Shown here in pieces: positions 1 to 9,014 of a stretch of DNA of 64,000 nucleotides. The position numbers were made by a program, and so were the translations under genes. The notes below the pieces were generated by a model. The model was given only the letters and a program-made list of their open reading frames with translations, did not search any database and had not been told where the DNA came from. Numbering within the stretch: position 1 is the stretch's first letter; each line of letters opens with the position of its first letter. This DNA is from Pseudobdellovibrionaceae bacterium (GTDB lineage: Bacteria > Bdellovibrionota > Bdellovibrionia > Bdellovibrionales > UBA1609): contig JACKAN010000001.1 of assembly GCA_020635055.1 (NCBI GenBank), forward strand, positions 153,266-217,265, given 5' to 3'.

Positions 1-1
1 A

Positions 2-577
2 AATGTAAATATTCAATTGCCACAAGGAAAAGACATAAATACGGTGGGTATAGCTAGAATATACACAGGGCCAGAACTTATAAATTTAAAAGAAAATGCT
101 ATTGCCACCCTCTTAGGAAAATTTCTTCATTCAAAAGTATTTAATTTAAATAGGTCAGAACGAGGGCTAGGTTATGTGCATGGGGCTTCTACAAACATTA
201 TAGGCGACCATAAGCAGTTTAGTTTTTATGGACAAATTGATGATCCAGAAAGACTGTCTGAAGTCCAGGAGGGTTGGGAACAAGTTATGCAAGCTTTAAG
301 AAACCGGGCACTCGATGATGTGGAATTAGAAAATTATAAAATGGGAGTTGTTTCTGACTTAACATTTTCTCCTTACAGTTTATTAGAAGAAGTCCATCGT
401 GCTGCATTTAATTATCAGATGATATCTGATTTTAACTATGTTGATAATGTCATTGAAGAGGTCAAAAAACTCACTCCGGATGATATTTTTAACTTTGCTA
501 ACAAATATTTTAAGCCAGAAACTCCCTACTACGAAGTTCAAATAAAAAATTGTAGTGACGCTTTAACAGAGCAATAA
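2..577 (+). CDS. M16 (insulinase/pitrilysin) family peptidase, C-terminal part; 5' end lies outside the window
   Basis: The frame is open from the window start, with no stop upstream of the TTG at 17. The tail (RSERGLGYVHGAS...FSFYGQIDDPERL...LTPDDIFNFANKYF) resembles the non-catalytic Peptidase_M16_C domain. Confidence 0.5.
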   Translation, partial: NVNIQLPQGKDINTVGIARIYTGPELINLKENAIATLLGKFLHSKVFNLNRSERGLGYVHGASTNIIGDHKQFSFYGQIDDPERLSEVQEGWEQVMQALRNRALDDVELENYKMGVVSDLTFSPYSLLEEVHRAAFNYQMISDFNYVDNVIEEVKKLTPDDIFNFANKYFKPETPYYEVQIKNCSDALTEQ

Positions 578-790
578 TTAATCATGGATAAACCCCCAGT
601 TATACTGAGGGGGCTTGACACTTCAGAAGAACTTGTAAATTAAATTGCAACTGCTGAGAGAAGCATAAATTAAGGGGAGTTATTTTTTAAAATTGGTGTA
701 ACTTTCAGTTTGGCTGGAAGTCATAAAGTGAACACCCTTATCATTTTCAAAGTTACTGAAATAGGTAATTTAGGCTTTAAAACCACCTAG

Positions 791-1016
791 TTTGTATTTC
801 AGATGAAATTAAAGTGCCCATGAGCCTCATTTTATCAATTTGAGTAACTTCTAAAATTGAATGCACATAGTGAGCCGTCAAAAATTATTTCATAGTTTGA
901 AATACACTACATACGAAAACATGGAAGCTGGCTAAACCAGGCTAAACCACGCAGAAACTGCAATTAATATGTACTCAAGGCAATACTTAGGAAAGACTCA
1001 TGTTTCAAAGAATTAA
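791..1016 (+). pseudogene. IS630-family transposase, degraded 3' remnant
   Basis: Translation gives ...ASFYQFE*..FEIHYIRKHGSWLN. After removing one copy of a 10-bp duplication it continues HAETAINMYSRQYLGK...*. This matches the conserved C-terminus of IS630-type DDE transposases (LEIHYTPKHGSWLNMAEIELSVLSRQCL). Several in-frame stops and one frameshift are present. Confidence 0.5.
930..949 (+). repeat. Perfect 10-bp tandem duplication (ggctaaacca x2) causing a frameshift in the IS630 remnant
   Basis: Read directly: ggctaaacca at 930-939 and again at 940-949. Deleting one copy restores the SWLNHAE reading frame. Confidence 0.85.
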
Positions 1017-1070
1017 TAACAATCTCTACTCGCAGGTGTTGTTGTTTCGATAAGTTGCAAGACCTGTATA

Positions 1071-1979
1071 TTATTTTGCTACTTCTGAAAAATATTCTTC
1101 TTGGTCATTATTTTGTAAATAATTGTAAATAATTAAGCCAACTCCACTTCCTAAACCTAAGATACTTATTCCCGGTATTAATTTATAACGAATACCTTTT
1201 CCTAGTTGAGAGCTTTTTGACCATTCAACAATGTTAGTAGCAGTTGTTCTAATAAAACCTGGATTTTGGCTTATTGGATTACCGGATAAATTATTAAGTT
1301 TCCAATCTTTTTTCATTATTTTATTCATATAAGGGGAAAGGGCAAGGCTGCTCATGCCACCGAGTATTATTGATGCGGACATTGCAGTAAAGCCTTCGCC
1401 TAACAAGCCATCATAAGATATAGGGTTTAAACCTGTTAGTGCTAAATGACATCCACTTGCAAACATTCCTCCTCGCACTAAGCCTTGGGTAGTTAACTTT
1501 GATGTTTTATTTAATTTTCTCCAAAACCAATGTCCCTCTTTTGTAGGAATAGGACCTCCAAAAAACCATGAATCTGAACTTCTAATAACTAGTCCTAGTA
1601 TTGCGCCACCCAGAAGTGTTGTACCAAAAGTATTAAAAGTATTTGTTCCCTCATGGTCAACAAGTTCCGACTTGAATTCTGAAATATTATCATTTGATAC
1701 TCCAACCCAACTCATCATATCCCATATATAACCTTGTTCTATGGTGTTTTCATTTTCCTTGGTTTTCTTATGTAAAGAAATATTTTTATTTACTATTGTT
1801 TTTTGAAGTTGATTAACTTGTTTTACTTTTTTAGTCGCTTGCTCTGGTTTGTCTTCATTACTTGTCGTTGTCGTATCGTAATCCCGGGTTCCACAAGCAA
1901 AAACCAAACAACACATCAATGTATATAGCACAAAAAACAACCATTTTTTACAAATATTTAAAATAGAATTCATAATCAC
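1071..1979 (-). CDS. Putative lipoprotein/membrane protein, last gene of the T4SS-like cluster; function unknown
   Basis: 302-aa ORF with a signal sequence and possible lipobox (LVFAC|GT) and Gly-rich hydrophobic segments. Its start overlaps the upstream stop by 4 nt (ATGA). Confidence 0.55.
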   Translation of the reverse strand: MIMNSILNICKKWLFFVLYTLMCCLVFACGTRDYDTTTTSNEDKPEQATKKVKQVNQLQKTIVNKNISLHKKTKENENTIEQGYIWDMMSWVGVSNDNISEFKSELVDHEGTNTFNTFGTTLLGGAILGLVIRSSDSWFFGGPIPTKEGHWFWRKLNKTSKLTTQGLVRGGMFASGCHLALTGLNPISYDGLLGEGFTAMSASIILGGMSSLALSPYMNKIMKKDWKLNNLSGNPISQNPGFIRTTATNIVEWSKSSQLGKGIRYKLIPGISILGLGSGVGLIIYNYLQNNDQEEYFSEVAK

Positions 1980-2587
1980 TTTTCCTCTGGTTCAATAAAA
2001 AACTGTGGATTTTGTGAACGGGTAACAAAACTACCAGGTTTTATTATTTCCCATATATATCTTTCAGAAATCACTTGCATTTCAGCACGCTCTGGCAATA
2101 AGTATCGTTTTCTAAAATATGGGTATACCCATTTTGTATTGTCATCTAATGATATGGCTAATTTACCTATTTGATTTTTTTGAATTTGCAATATTGACCC
2201 ATTTTTCTCGGGATATAGTTTTAACTGATTAGCTAATTCTAGTGAAGTCTCTTCTGGGTCACAAAGTCGATAACGAGAAAAACGTCCTGATAACTCAACT
2301 TTAGCTTCCTCAATTTCTTGATAGTGCCAGGATAAGAAGCCTCCAGTTAACAATGCAAAAACTATAGAACTTATTATGGTGTTTTTAGATTCATATTGTT
2401 TGTTTTCACCATGGTGTACAAATTGATATCCTACAGCAGCACCTACAGCTGATCCAGCTAGCATGCCAACACCTATTTTTTTTCCATTTGTGGAGCATCC
2501 AATTTGTATAATAAGTAAGAGGGCAATACTTACGAAAGATAATTTATTTATAAAATAAAATATTAATCTAAAATTAAATATGTTCAT
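1976..2587 (-). CDS. Putative lipoprotein with glycine-zipper segment (possible VirB7-type accessory component)
   Basis: 203-aa ORF with a hydrophobic N-terminus ending IQIGC|ST, a glycine zipper (GVGMLAGSAVGAAVGY) and 4-nt overlaps with both neighbours. Confidence 0.5.
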   Translation of the reverse strand: MNIFNFRLIFYFINKLSFVSIALLLIIQIGCSTNGKKIGVGMLAGSAVGAAVGYQFVHHGENKQYESKNTIISSIVFALLTGGFLSWHYQEIEEAKVELSGRFSRYRLCDPEETSLELANQLKLYPEKNGSILQIQKNQIGKLAISLDDNTKWVYPYFRKRYLLPERAEMQVISERYIWEIIKPGSFVTRSQNPQFFIEPEEK

Positions 2588-3561
2588 TGTGTGTCCCTTT
2601 GTACTAGTTCATATTTTTGAGTTAAAGCAACAAAGATGGGCTCTCCAGCCGGAACTACCACATATTCCACTGCCCGTTCGCGAATATCTTTTAATATGTC
2701 ATCTGCAATTTGGAAAGAGGCCGTACTGAGCCCAGATAATACTTGGTTGCTTAAACTGACTTCTACTTGGGAACCAAAAACATTGGGTTCTCGAACACGC
2801 GCACTATCTGCAAATCCACTCAGAAATCCAAATGCAAGTGCTGTACCGTAGTTTTGTAAGTCATCTGAAAAATAGAGACCATCAATTTCAGGCATAGCAT
2901 TGCGCGAAAGGGCTAATCCACTTATTGTTGTTTCAATTCCATCTGGAAGAACCAATTTATCAAACTCAACAATAACTCCTTTTAGAATAGGATTTAAACG
3001 AGATCTACCAATTAATCTTGATCCTTTGGGTATTCGTCTTTTCAAATCCATTCTAAACTCATGAGTGGTTTCTGCCATCACAAATGTTTTCTCAAGAGAA
3101 GTTTTGATAGGTGTAATTAGACGCGCTTGGAATACGGCCCCAGTAGGAATGTAAGCACTTTTTGTTTTTATATTTATGTCTAAGAATCCAGTACCTGGAT
3201 CAAAGCTGATAATACGTGGAGTATGTGTTGTTTTCTTTGCTAAATGTGCTTTCTTACTGATCGATTTATAAACTTTATTAGGCGGTGATTTAACATTATT
3301 TAAAGAGTTTAATTTTCTTACACGATTCAACTCTTCTTCCATTTTTTTAGTTTCTAGTTGTAATTTTAAAATATCAGCTAGTGCCGTCACATCATTTTTG
3401 TGCGCAATTTTATTTTTCTTTAAAGAAACAAACAGCAAAGTTCCAGCTGTTATCGCTAAAATTATTGTTAGTACTCCTAATATAATACGTGTGAGCTTTT
3501 TCTTTTGTAAACTCCAAGTTGGTGTGTCTTTAGTTTCTTTCAATAATTCTTCTAAACTCAT
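2584..3561 (-). CDS. VirB10/TrbI-family T4SS protein
   Basis: N-terminal TM helix, coiled region, then a C-terminal region (TGAVFQARLITPIKTS...IPKGSRLIGRSR...VEFDKLVLPDGIETTISGLALS...IDGLY...YGTALAFGFLSGF) matching the TrbI/VirB10 beta-barrel consensus. I prefer the ATG at 3561, which overlaps the upstream TGA as ATGA, over the TTG at 3570. Confidence 0.75.
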   Translation of the reverse strand: MSLEELLKETKDTPTWSLQKKKLTRIILGVLTIILAITAGTLLFVSLKKNKIAHKNDVTALADILKLQLETKKMEEELNRVRKLNSLNNVKSPPNKVYKSISKKAHLAKKTTHTPRIISFDPGTGFLDINIKTKSAYIPTGAVFQARLITPIKTSLEKTFVMAETTHEFRMDLKRRIPKGSRLIGRSRLNPILKGVIVEFDKLVLPDGIETTISGLALSRNAMPEIDGLYFSDDLQNYGTALAFGFLSGFADSARVREPNVFGSQVEVSLSNQVLSGLSTASFQIADDILKDIRERAVEYVVVPAGEPIFVALTQKYELVQRDTQ

Positions 3562-4004
3562 AAGCCACAATCCTTATTAAATATTTGTGTCACCTTCAAA
3601 ATATTGTCAGCCTGTTTTTTAACTACAAATCGCAATTCGAATAATAGTTGATTATTATTCTCAAAAAATACAAAAAGATTAGTTCTGAAACTGTTATCTA
3701 GTGCAGAGGCTAGGGGTTTTGGTGCAAGCAATATACTTTTTGAATCTTTAAACATATCTAATTCAGTGCTATCAATATAAGGAATGATTGCAAGACTTCG
3801 AGGGGAGAGTGGATTGGTACTAATTTTAAAATGTTTTTTGTCTGCAAAAAGAGTTACTTTAGGCGCTTGTTCTAAGACAATTTGTGTAGTCATACCAATT
3901 CCTAAATTCACCCTAATGACATCACAAGAACTACTAGACACTCGCCTTACACCCGTGTCGGCATTTGCAATGTGGAATAAGAAAATTATTAAATAGTAAA
4001 TCAA
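3558..4004 (-). CDS. Short VirB9/TrbG (CagX)-like N-terminal-domain protein
   Basis: 148 aa with a signal peptide. The pattern VIRVNLGIGMTTQIVLEQAPKVTLFADKKHFKIS...SLAIIP...TNLFVFFENNNQLLFELRF resembles the VirB9 N-terminal domain. The protein is only about half the usual VirB9 length. Confidence 0.4.
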   Translation of the reverse strand: MIYYLIIFLFHIANADTGVRRVSSSSCDVIRVNLGIGMTTQIVLEQAPKVTLFADKKHFKISTNPLSPRSLAIIPYIDSTELDMFKDSKSILLAPKPLASALDNSFRTNLFVFFENNNQLLFELRFVVKKQADNILKVTQIFNKDCGL

Positions 4005-4023
4005 TTTATTTTTCCATTAAATT

Positions 4024-5106
4024 CTAGTCTTTGAGTTTTTCTAGTTTTGCTTTTTTTAAATTGTCTATGAAATTGTAATTTTTCCCATTTGCATGGGGTG
4101 CTTGGTATTGTATATTCTTGTCAATTGTTTGATCTTGATACTGGCTTTTGTATTCTAGTAATTTATGTTCAAGTTCAGCTTTTTCACTCATTAGATCTAA
4201 AGTTTCATGTTGATGTTTATATCTTTTTCTAAATTCTTCAGCTGTTAAAATTCTATGCCTCCAAATGTTCATTTTTTCAGGAGATACTGTCTTACCTAAA
4301 GCTGATAGACCCAGAGTACTTACTTTACCAACAGCTCCTAAAGCCAACATTTGTCCCATCCATCTAAATCCTGGTGGATAAATTGAACTGCCCAAATGAT
4401 TTCCAAACTTTCTGGTGATAGCAGGAACAAAAAGTATCATAATTCCTAAAATCAAAGAAAGAAAATAAAAATTTGCTTTTGGTTGAGCGGGAAAGGGTTC
4501 ACCACTAACTATGTCTGGCATTATAAAAGCAACAAGAATAGCCAATGTAGTTTGCCATAAAAATAATAGAGTCAGCTCTTTTATTATTTCCAGAAAGGCA
4601 TCAATTTCATCAAATAGTATTCCTTTTGCTAGAATAAATGGTCCTATAACCGCAAAGAAGAAAAAATACACAAGATAAAAAGAATAAATGATCCAATAAG
4701 AAATATCTGGTAGCAATCTTGCTAGCCCCTCAGCAGACCAAGCTACAATATTACTTATTGAACCTAAGCTTGGAAAGCCAAAGCCTTTCCATTGTATTTG
4801 AAAAATATCATATATAATAAAAGTATTAAAAGTATCTATCAAATCCTTTAAACCTAAAATCAGAAAAGGCCAAATTACTACAAGAGTAATAATTATTGGT
4901 AAATTCCATAATTTTTTTACAAGATTAGCATTCTCAAAACGTTTGAGGGTCATAATTCCAATGGAAATGACTAACATTAAAATCATTAATAAATAGGTGG
5001 GTTGTATGAGCTTTGGCACGAAGACTTCAAACCAATTCGAACGCAAACCAAACACGTTAGAAGTGATTGGAAATACATCAACAAATTGGACATTTATATA
5101 ATTCAT
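4024..5106 (-). CDS. VirB6/TrbL-like polytopic inner-membrane T4SS protein
   Basis: 360 aa with about 6-7 predicted TM helices and a charged coiled C-terminal tail. It occupies the position after the VirB5/TrbJ-like gene, as in trb operons. Confidence 0.5.
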   Translation of the reverse strand: MNYINVQFVDVFPITSNVFGLRSNWFEVFVPKLIQPTYLLMILMLVISIGIMTLKRFENANLVKKLWNLPIIITLVVIWPFLILGLKDLIDTFNTFIIYDIFQIQWKGFGFPSLGSISNIVAWSAEGLARLLPDISYWIIYSFYLVYFFFFAVIGPFILAKGILFDEIDAFLEIIKELTLLFLWQTTLAILVAFIMPDIVSGEPFPAQPKANFYFLSLILGIMILFVPAITRKFGNHLGSSIYPPGFRWMGQMLALGAVGKVSTLGLSALGKTVSPEKMNIWRHRILTAEEFRKRYKHQHETLDLMSEKAELEHKLLEYKSQYQDQTIDKNIQYQAPHANGKNYNFIDNLKKAKLEKLKD

Positions 5107-5792
5107 TTTTGATTATGCCTTTTTTGCTTTTGATTTAAAATTTCGGCACCCATCACTAGAGTATTTAAATTACTTTGTTGATTTTCATTTTTACGTAGGA
5201 TTCGTAATTCTTCACGCATGGCATGAATAGTAGCTAGCAATTCTGTCATCTGAATGGAAACCCTAGTGTTTGTCTGCCAATTCCCTATCAGTACTTGAGC
5301 TTCTAACTTTGGAATGAGACCAGGTGGCGCCACAATTAATTCTTTTTGTAATGCTTTTCTTTGTTTAAAATCTGACTCGTTGGCTTGAACGCTTTTTTTT
5401 TGAAATTTTATAGCATCTACAAAAATATCATTTTTAGATTTATCACTGGCGGTCTCATTTTTATTTCTTGGTAGATTTTTTCTTAATTCTTGTGCATCAG
5501 AGTAATTATTTTTAAAATCATCTTTCAATTGTAATTCTAATAGAGCCTTTTCATAAGTATCAGTCCCCTGATATTTTTCAATCGTTTTATCAATTCCTTC
5601 ACTCAAGTTTTTTAGAATATGACTGGCACTATTTAGTGATGCCGTGTCTTGTTTTGAATATTTAAGAATTTCTCTTAATGCTTTAATTTGTTGTTCAGAG
5701 TTATTAATTAATTGTCTTAACTGTAAAGTATCTGTTGAAATAGGCATTTGTGCAAATGCCTGCAAGGAGATTGTTATTATCAGTATAATCAT
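5103..5792 (-). CDS. VirB5/TrbJ-like secreted coiled-coil protein
   Basis: 229 aa with a signal peptide (LQAFA|QM) and a helical, Q/K/E-rich sequence. It lies between the VirB4 and VirB6 homologues, as TrbJ does. The call rests on size, position and composition only. Confidence 0.4.
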   Translation of the reverse strand: MIILIITISLQAFAQMPISTDTLQLRQLINNSEQQIKALREILKYSKQDTASLNSASHILKNLSEGIDKTIEKYQGTDTYEKALLELQLKDDFKNNYSDAQELRKNLPRNKNETASDKSKNDIFVDAIKFQKKSVQANESDFKQRKALQKELIVAPPGLIPKLEAQVLIGNWQTNTRVSIQMTELLATIHAMREELRILRKNENQQSNLNTLVMGAEILNQKQKRHNQK

Positions 5793-8131
5793 TGTAAGGC
5801 TCCATTTCTAAAAGACACAAAATCTAAAACATTTTTAGAAAAATCGCCTTTAGATTTGCTCATCCAATCCTTGAATACTTGATTGTCTTCTGGCGCAGAA
5901 GTTGCTAGCCAATATTCCATACTACTAGGTACATGACGAATCACGGTGCGCTCGCTGTCACGAATCAAGAATACATCCGAAAAGACACCCTTTTCTCTAC
6001 GAAGAGACTCAATGGCCCACTGGTCCATTTGGCTGAGCGAAAGTATGTGTGAATAATTTTTGGGATTTCCCCTTTGCTGTAAAATAGCTTTAGATTGTGT
6101 GTTTTGTAAAATACTAGAACCTGCCAAACTAGATGTTATTTTTTCTAAATCTTGAACAACTATTACGACGCCAGCAAAATATTTTCTTAATGTTGACACA
6201 AGCTCATCAACAAAGAGAGGTTGTGTTTTAAGTAAAGAAAAGGCGACTTCATCTAAAACTATCCAAGAAAATTGATTATTTTTGACCTGTCTAATTCTTG
6301 CCCATAAACTGGCACAAATAATGAGTTGAACAACACGGGACAGATCTTCAAATTCAGTTAATCCTTTTAAGTCAAATGTGAGTATAGTTTCTTTATTTTT
6401 AATTACTTTATTGTTGTCTAAAAACTGTGCGTAAAAACTATTACTTCCCCATGGTTTTAGATGTAAAATTAATGTTTGTGTTGCCTTACTAGGAACTTTA
6501 GATACAATATCAATCAAGCTTGTAATTGGATGCTCAGGAAGTTGATCTTGGTTTAACAACTTATCAAGACAGTTAGACAAAAGATGTCTAACTTCAATCG
6601 GAGGCAAGTTTCCATCCATTCTAGTCATTTCTAAGAAAATTTGGAAAATATGTTGCCTTCGCATTCTTTCTTCTTTTGGGTCTTCACTTTTAGAAAGAAA
6701 AAAAGGACTCAATTCGAAGCCTTGTCCAGGTTCTAGACTCATCACCTGTCCACCAAGAAACTGTGTTAATTTATTGTATGAACCTCCAATATCAACTATA
6801 AAAATCTGTGGATCAATGGAGATGCTTTGTGCAAGTAGTGAGTTAACAAAAAAACTTTTACCAGAGCCACTTGTTCCACTTACCAGCCAATTGTAATTGG
6901 CCAAGCGAGAGTCAACAGGGTCGATTCCATACAAATTGGTATTTCTGCTTTGGAAAGTGACCACCTGCCTCCTATCGCCTCTAGATGGACGAAAAAAGGG
7001 TAAAAAATGAATTGCATTCGACGCCAATACAGTGTGAGTGCTGATATTTTTTCCTGTAAAGCTGGGTATGCACTCCAAATAAGAATCATATGTACCAAGT
7101 GTACATTCAACAAACTCACAAAAATCCATTTGAGAGGCAGATCTTAAAACGTCAGCTAATGCTTTTCTATGAAAGGAAGCTAATTTTTTTGGAAATCGTA
7201 AACCAACAGTCATTTTCATTTCAAAAATAGATTCTGATTTATCAGCAAGACTACGCAACACTTGATCTATTTGGTCCATTTGACTTTCAACTACTGGTGA
7301 AGGGGAATTCTTACTGGTTTTTTGAGCATTTAAAAGATTTCTTTTTCGTTCTAATTGGGAAATTATAGGGTTTGCTTCCCTAGAAAATAAACGAACGCAC
7401 ACATCCATAGGATAAGGCAGCTGTGTTATTGATTGGATCATTCCTAATTCGGTAAAAGACTCTGGTAATTTATTAAGTTCTAGAGAACGGAATATATCAT
7501 CATTAACAAATAATTGACCTGCTTCAATTTTTATTGACGGCCATTCAGGAGTTTGTAGCTCCGATGAATTAAGATCTTGAGTACTAATATTTATTTCCCG
7601 CTCAATTTTAACCTTATCTAAACAATTGACTTGGAATCCGAAGGCACTCAATTGCGCAATAAACAATTGCCTTTTTTCTTCTAAATCTTCACTTTCAAGA
7701 AGGTCTTTTGTCCAATAACAAATTATTATTTTTTGTGATAACAATTGGGGTTCTTCTTTGCTCATTTGTGAGACTTGATCGGCCAATTGATCTAATAGAA
7801 TTTTTCTGCCATAAGAATTATTTGATAGAAAAGCTTGGCTTAGCTGATCCTCTACCCATTTTGAAAATTCAACCCTTTTCCTGTAGATGATTTGCATTTC
7901 TTCACCGGTGGGCAGACGTAACACAGATCTCCAATCATTATGGAGAGTTTCTGCCTGTTCAGGTGACAAGAAAGATCCATCTAAGCCTTCTACTTCAAAT
8001 ATAAAACCAAATCTATTTTTGGTTTTAAGAATGCCGGACTCACTCACTTCTGTTACATCCCAGAAATCACTTAATATAAAGGATTTTTTACTCTTTTTAC
8101 TTTTCATTATGAAGTTGAAAAAGTTTTTCAT
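5789..8131 (-). CDS. virB4: VirB4/TrbE-family T4SS ATPase
   Basis: 780 aa. Walker A is LVSGTSGSGKSFFVN and Walker B is WIVLDEVAFSL. Size and domain order are typical of VirB4/TraC/TrbE. Confidence 0.85.
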   Translation of the reverse strand: MKNFFNFIMKSKKSKKSFILSDFWDVTEVSESGILKTKNRFGFIFEVEGLDGSFLSPEQAETLHNDWRSVLRLPTGEEMQIIYRKRVEFSKWVEDQLSQAFLSNNSYGRKILLDQLADQVSQMSKEEPQLLSQKIIICYWTKDLLESEDLEEKRQLFIAQLSAFGFQVNCLDKVKIEREINISTQDLNSSELQTPEWPSIKIEAGQLFVNDDIFRSLELNKLPESFTELGMIQSITQLPYPMDVCVRLFSREANPIISQLERKRNLLNAQKTSKNSPSPVVESQMDQIDQVLRSLADKSESIFEMKMTVGLRFPKKLASFHRKALADVLRSASQMDFCEFVECTLGTYDSYLECIPSFTGKNISTHTVLASNAIHFLPFFRPSRGDRRQVVTFQSRNTNLYGIDPVDSRLANYNWLVSGTSGSGKSFFVNSLLAQSISIDPQIFIVDIGGSYNKLTQFLGGQVMSLEPGQGFELSPFFLSKSEDPKEERMRRQHIFQIFLEMTRMDGNLPPIEVRHLLSNCLDKLLNQDQLPEHPITSLIDIVSKVPSKATQTLILHLKPWGSNSFYAQFLDNNKVIKNKETILTFDLKGLTEFEDLSRVVQLIICASLWARIRQVKNNQFSWIVLDEVAFSLLKTQPLFVDELVSTLRKYFAGVVIVVQDLEKITSSLAGSSILQNTQSKAILQQRGNPKNYSHILSLSQMDQWAIESLRREKGVFSDVFLIRDSERTVIRHVPSSMEYWLATSAPEDNQVFKDWMSKSKGDFSKNVLDFVSFRNGALQ

Positions 8132-8412
8132 GAGATCTTTCCGAGAATAAGAAGTTTAGCATTAAGCTGACTAGGCAAGAATAAAAATCTAATAAAACGT
8201 TGAATAAAGTAGTTACCTAATGATCTCCTGATCCAAAAAAGAACAAGCGCAAAAATTATGGTAATTAAAAGAACTAAAAATCGATTGATCTCTAAAAAAT
8301 AACCTATCTCTCCGCCACCGACAAAAATAAAACAAAATAGTGTTAATTCAAAAAGATTAAAGCTAAGAATTTGAAAAGGTTTGTCTAGATTCCTATATAC
8401 AATACTACGCAT
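8128..8412 (-). CDS. VirB3/TrbD-like small membrane protein
   Basis: 94 aa with two TM helices, located immediately upstream of virB4 with a 4-nt overlap. This is the canonical VirB3 position and size. Confidence 0.5.
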   Translation of the reverse strand: MRSIVYRNLDKPFQILSFNLFELTLFCFIFVGGGEIGYFLEINRFLVLLITIIFALVLFWIRRSLGNYFIQRFIRFLFLPSQLNAKLLILGKIS

Positions 8413-8458
8413 TTATTCCTTTTGAGTTTCTTTTTCAATTAGTTTTGCTTTAATAATA

Positions 8459-8749
8459 TTAATTAAAAAAATTAATAATCATGTATGCTGAGTTAACAAC
8501 AACAAGACCGACGATGCCATATATCAATCTAGAAACTCCAGAGCCTTCGCCCTTAGCAATTAAAAATCCTGACCATGCAACAAAGCCAACAATTAGAATG
8601 TTAATGATTCTTACTAAATTAGAAATAGTAACATTAATGCGTCCTTCGAGACCACTTTGTGCAAATGCTTCAAATGAAAAGCAAAAGAAAATAAAACCTA
8701 GTACAAAAATTGAAAAACATAAGGAAAAATATTTAAATTTATTATTCAT
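8459..8749 (-). CDS. VirB2/TrbC-like pilin precursor
   Basis: 96 aa. A long signal peptide (cleavage about AFA|QS) is followed by two hydrophobic helices separated by a small charged loop (KGEGSG). It is the first gene of the cluster. Confidence 0.5.
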   Translation of the reverse strand: MNNKFKYFSLCFSIFVLGFIFFCFSFEAFAQSGLEGRINVTISNLVRIINILIVGFVAWSGFLIAKGEGSGVSRLIYGIVGLVVVNSAYMIINFFN

Positions 8750-8755
8750 ACTTGC

Positions 8756-8783
8756 GTTATACCCCTGATCAAAAAACTGTCAA
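8756..8783 (-). promoter_or_regulatory. Putative sigma70-type promoter of the T4SS cluster (TTGACA-16 nt-TATAAC)
   Basis: The minus strand reads cTTGACAgttttttgatcaggggTATAACgcaagtATG. The -10 element ends 6 nt before the pilin ATG, and no Shine-Dalgarno sequence is present. Confidence 0.3.
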
Positions 8784-9014
8784 GATTAGCTCTTGGCTAG
8801 AAGTGGTTCAAAAGATATGATTTTTCTTTAAGAGTGTTTTCATATGTCATATGTACGAATCAAGAATAGCTTTATTAAGATTTCTACAATTTAAATAAAA
8901 AATAAAACTACAATATTTTTAAGTATATTTGTTTTTCAATTATAAATTATTCTTAAAATAAAAACTGCAATTTTTAACTTTAATAGTTTCTATATCTGAA
9001 AGATGGGACTACAA

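Noticed and set aside
593-613. CCCCC-11 nt-GGGGG hairpin after the M16 peptidase stop as a rho-independent terminator
   Set aside because: The stem is only 5 bp with a large loop, and it is not followed by a T-tract (it is followed by cttgacactt).
2636-3996. Plus-strand ORFs 2636-2851, 3398-3580 and 3784-3996 from the supplied track
   Set aside because: They lie entirely antisense within the well-supported VirB10-like and VirB9-like genes. They have low-complexity translations, no RBS and no family resemblance. They are shadow ORFs.
1071-8749. Calling the T4SS cluster an integrative conjugative element
   Set aside because: No integrase, relaxase, coupling protein, oriT or flanking att-like direct repeats are visible in the window. 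Only the mating-pair-formation-like genes are present.
6880-8768. ORFs 6880-7119(-), 7708-7890(+), 7887-8150(+) and 8481-8768(+)
   Set aside because: They are out-of-frame or antisense inside virB4, virB3 and the pilin gene. Their translations look like frame-shifted noise.
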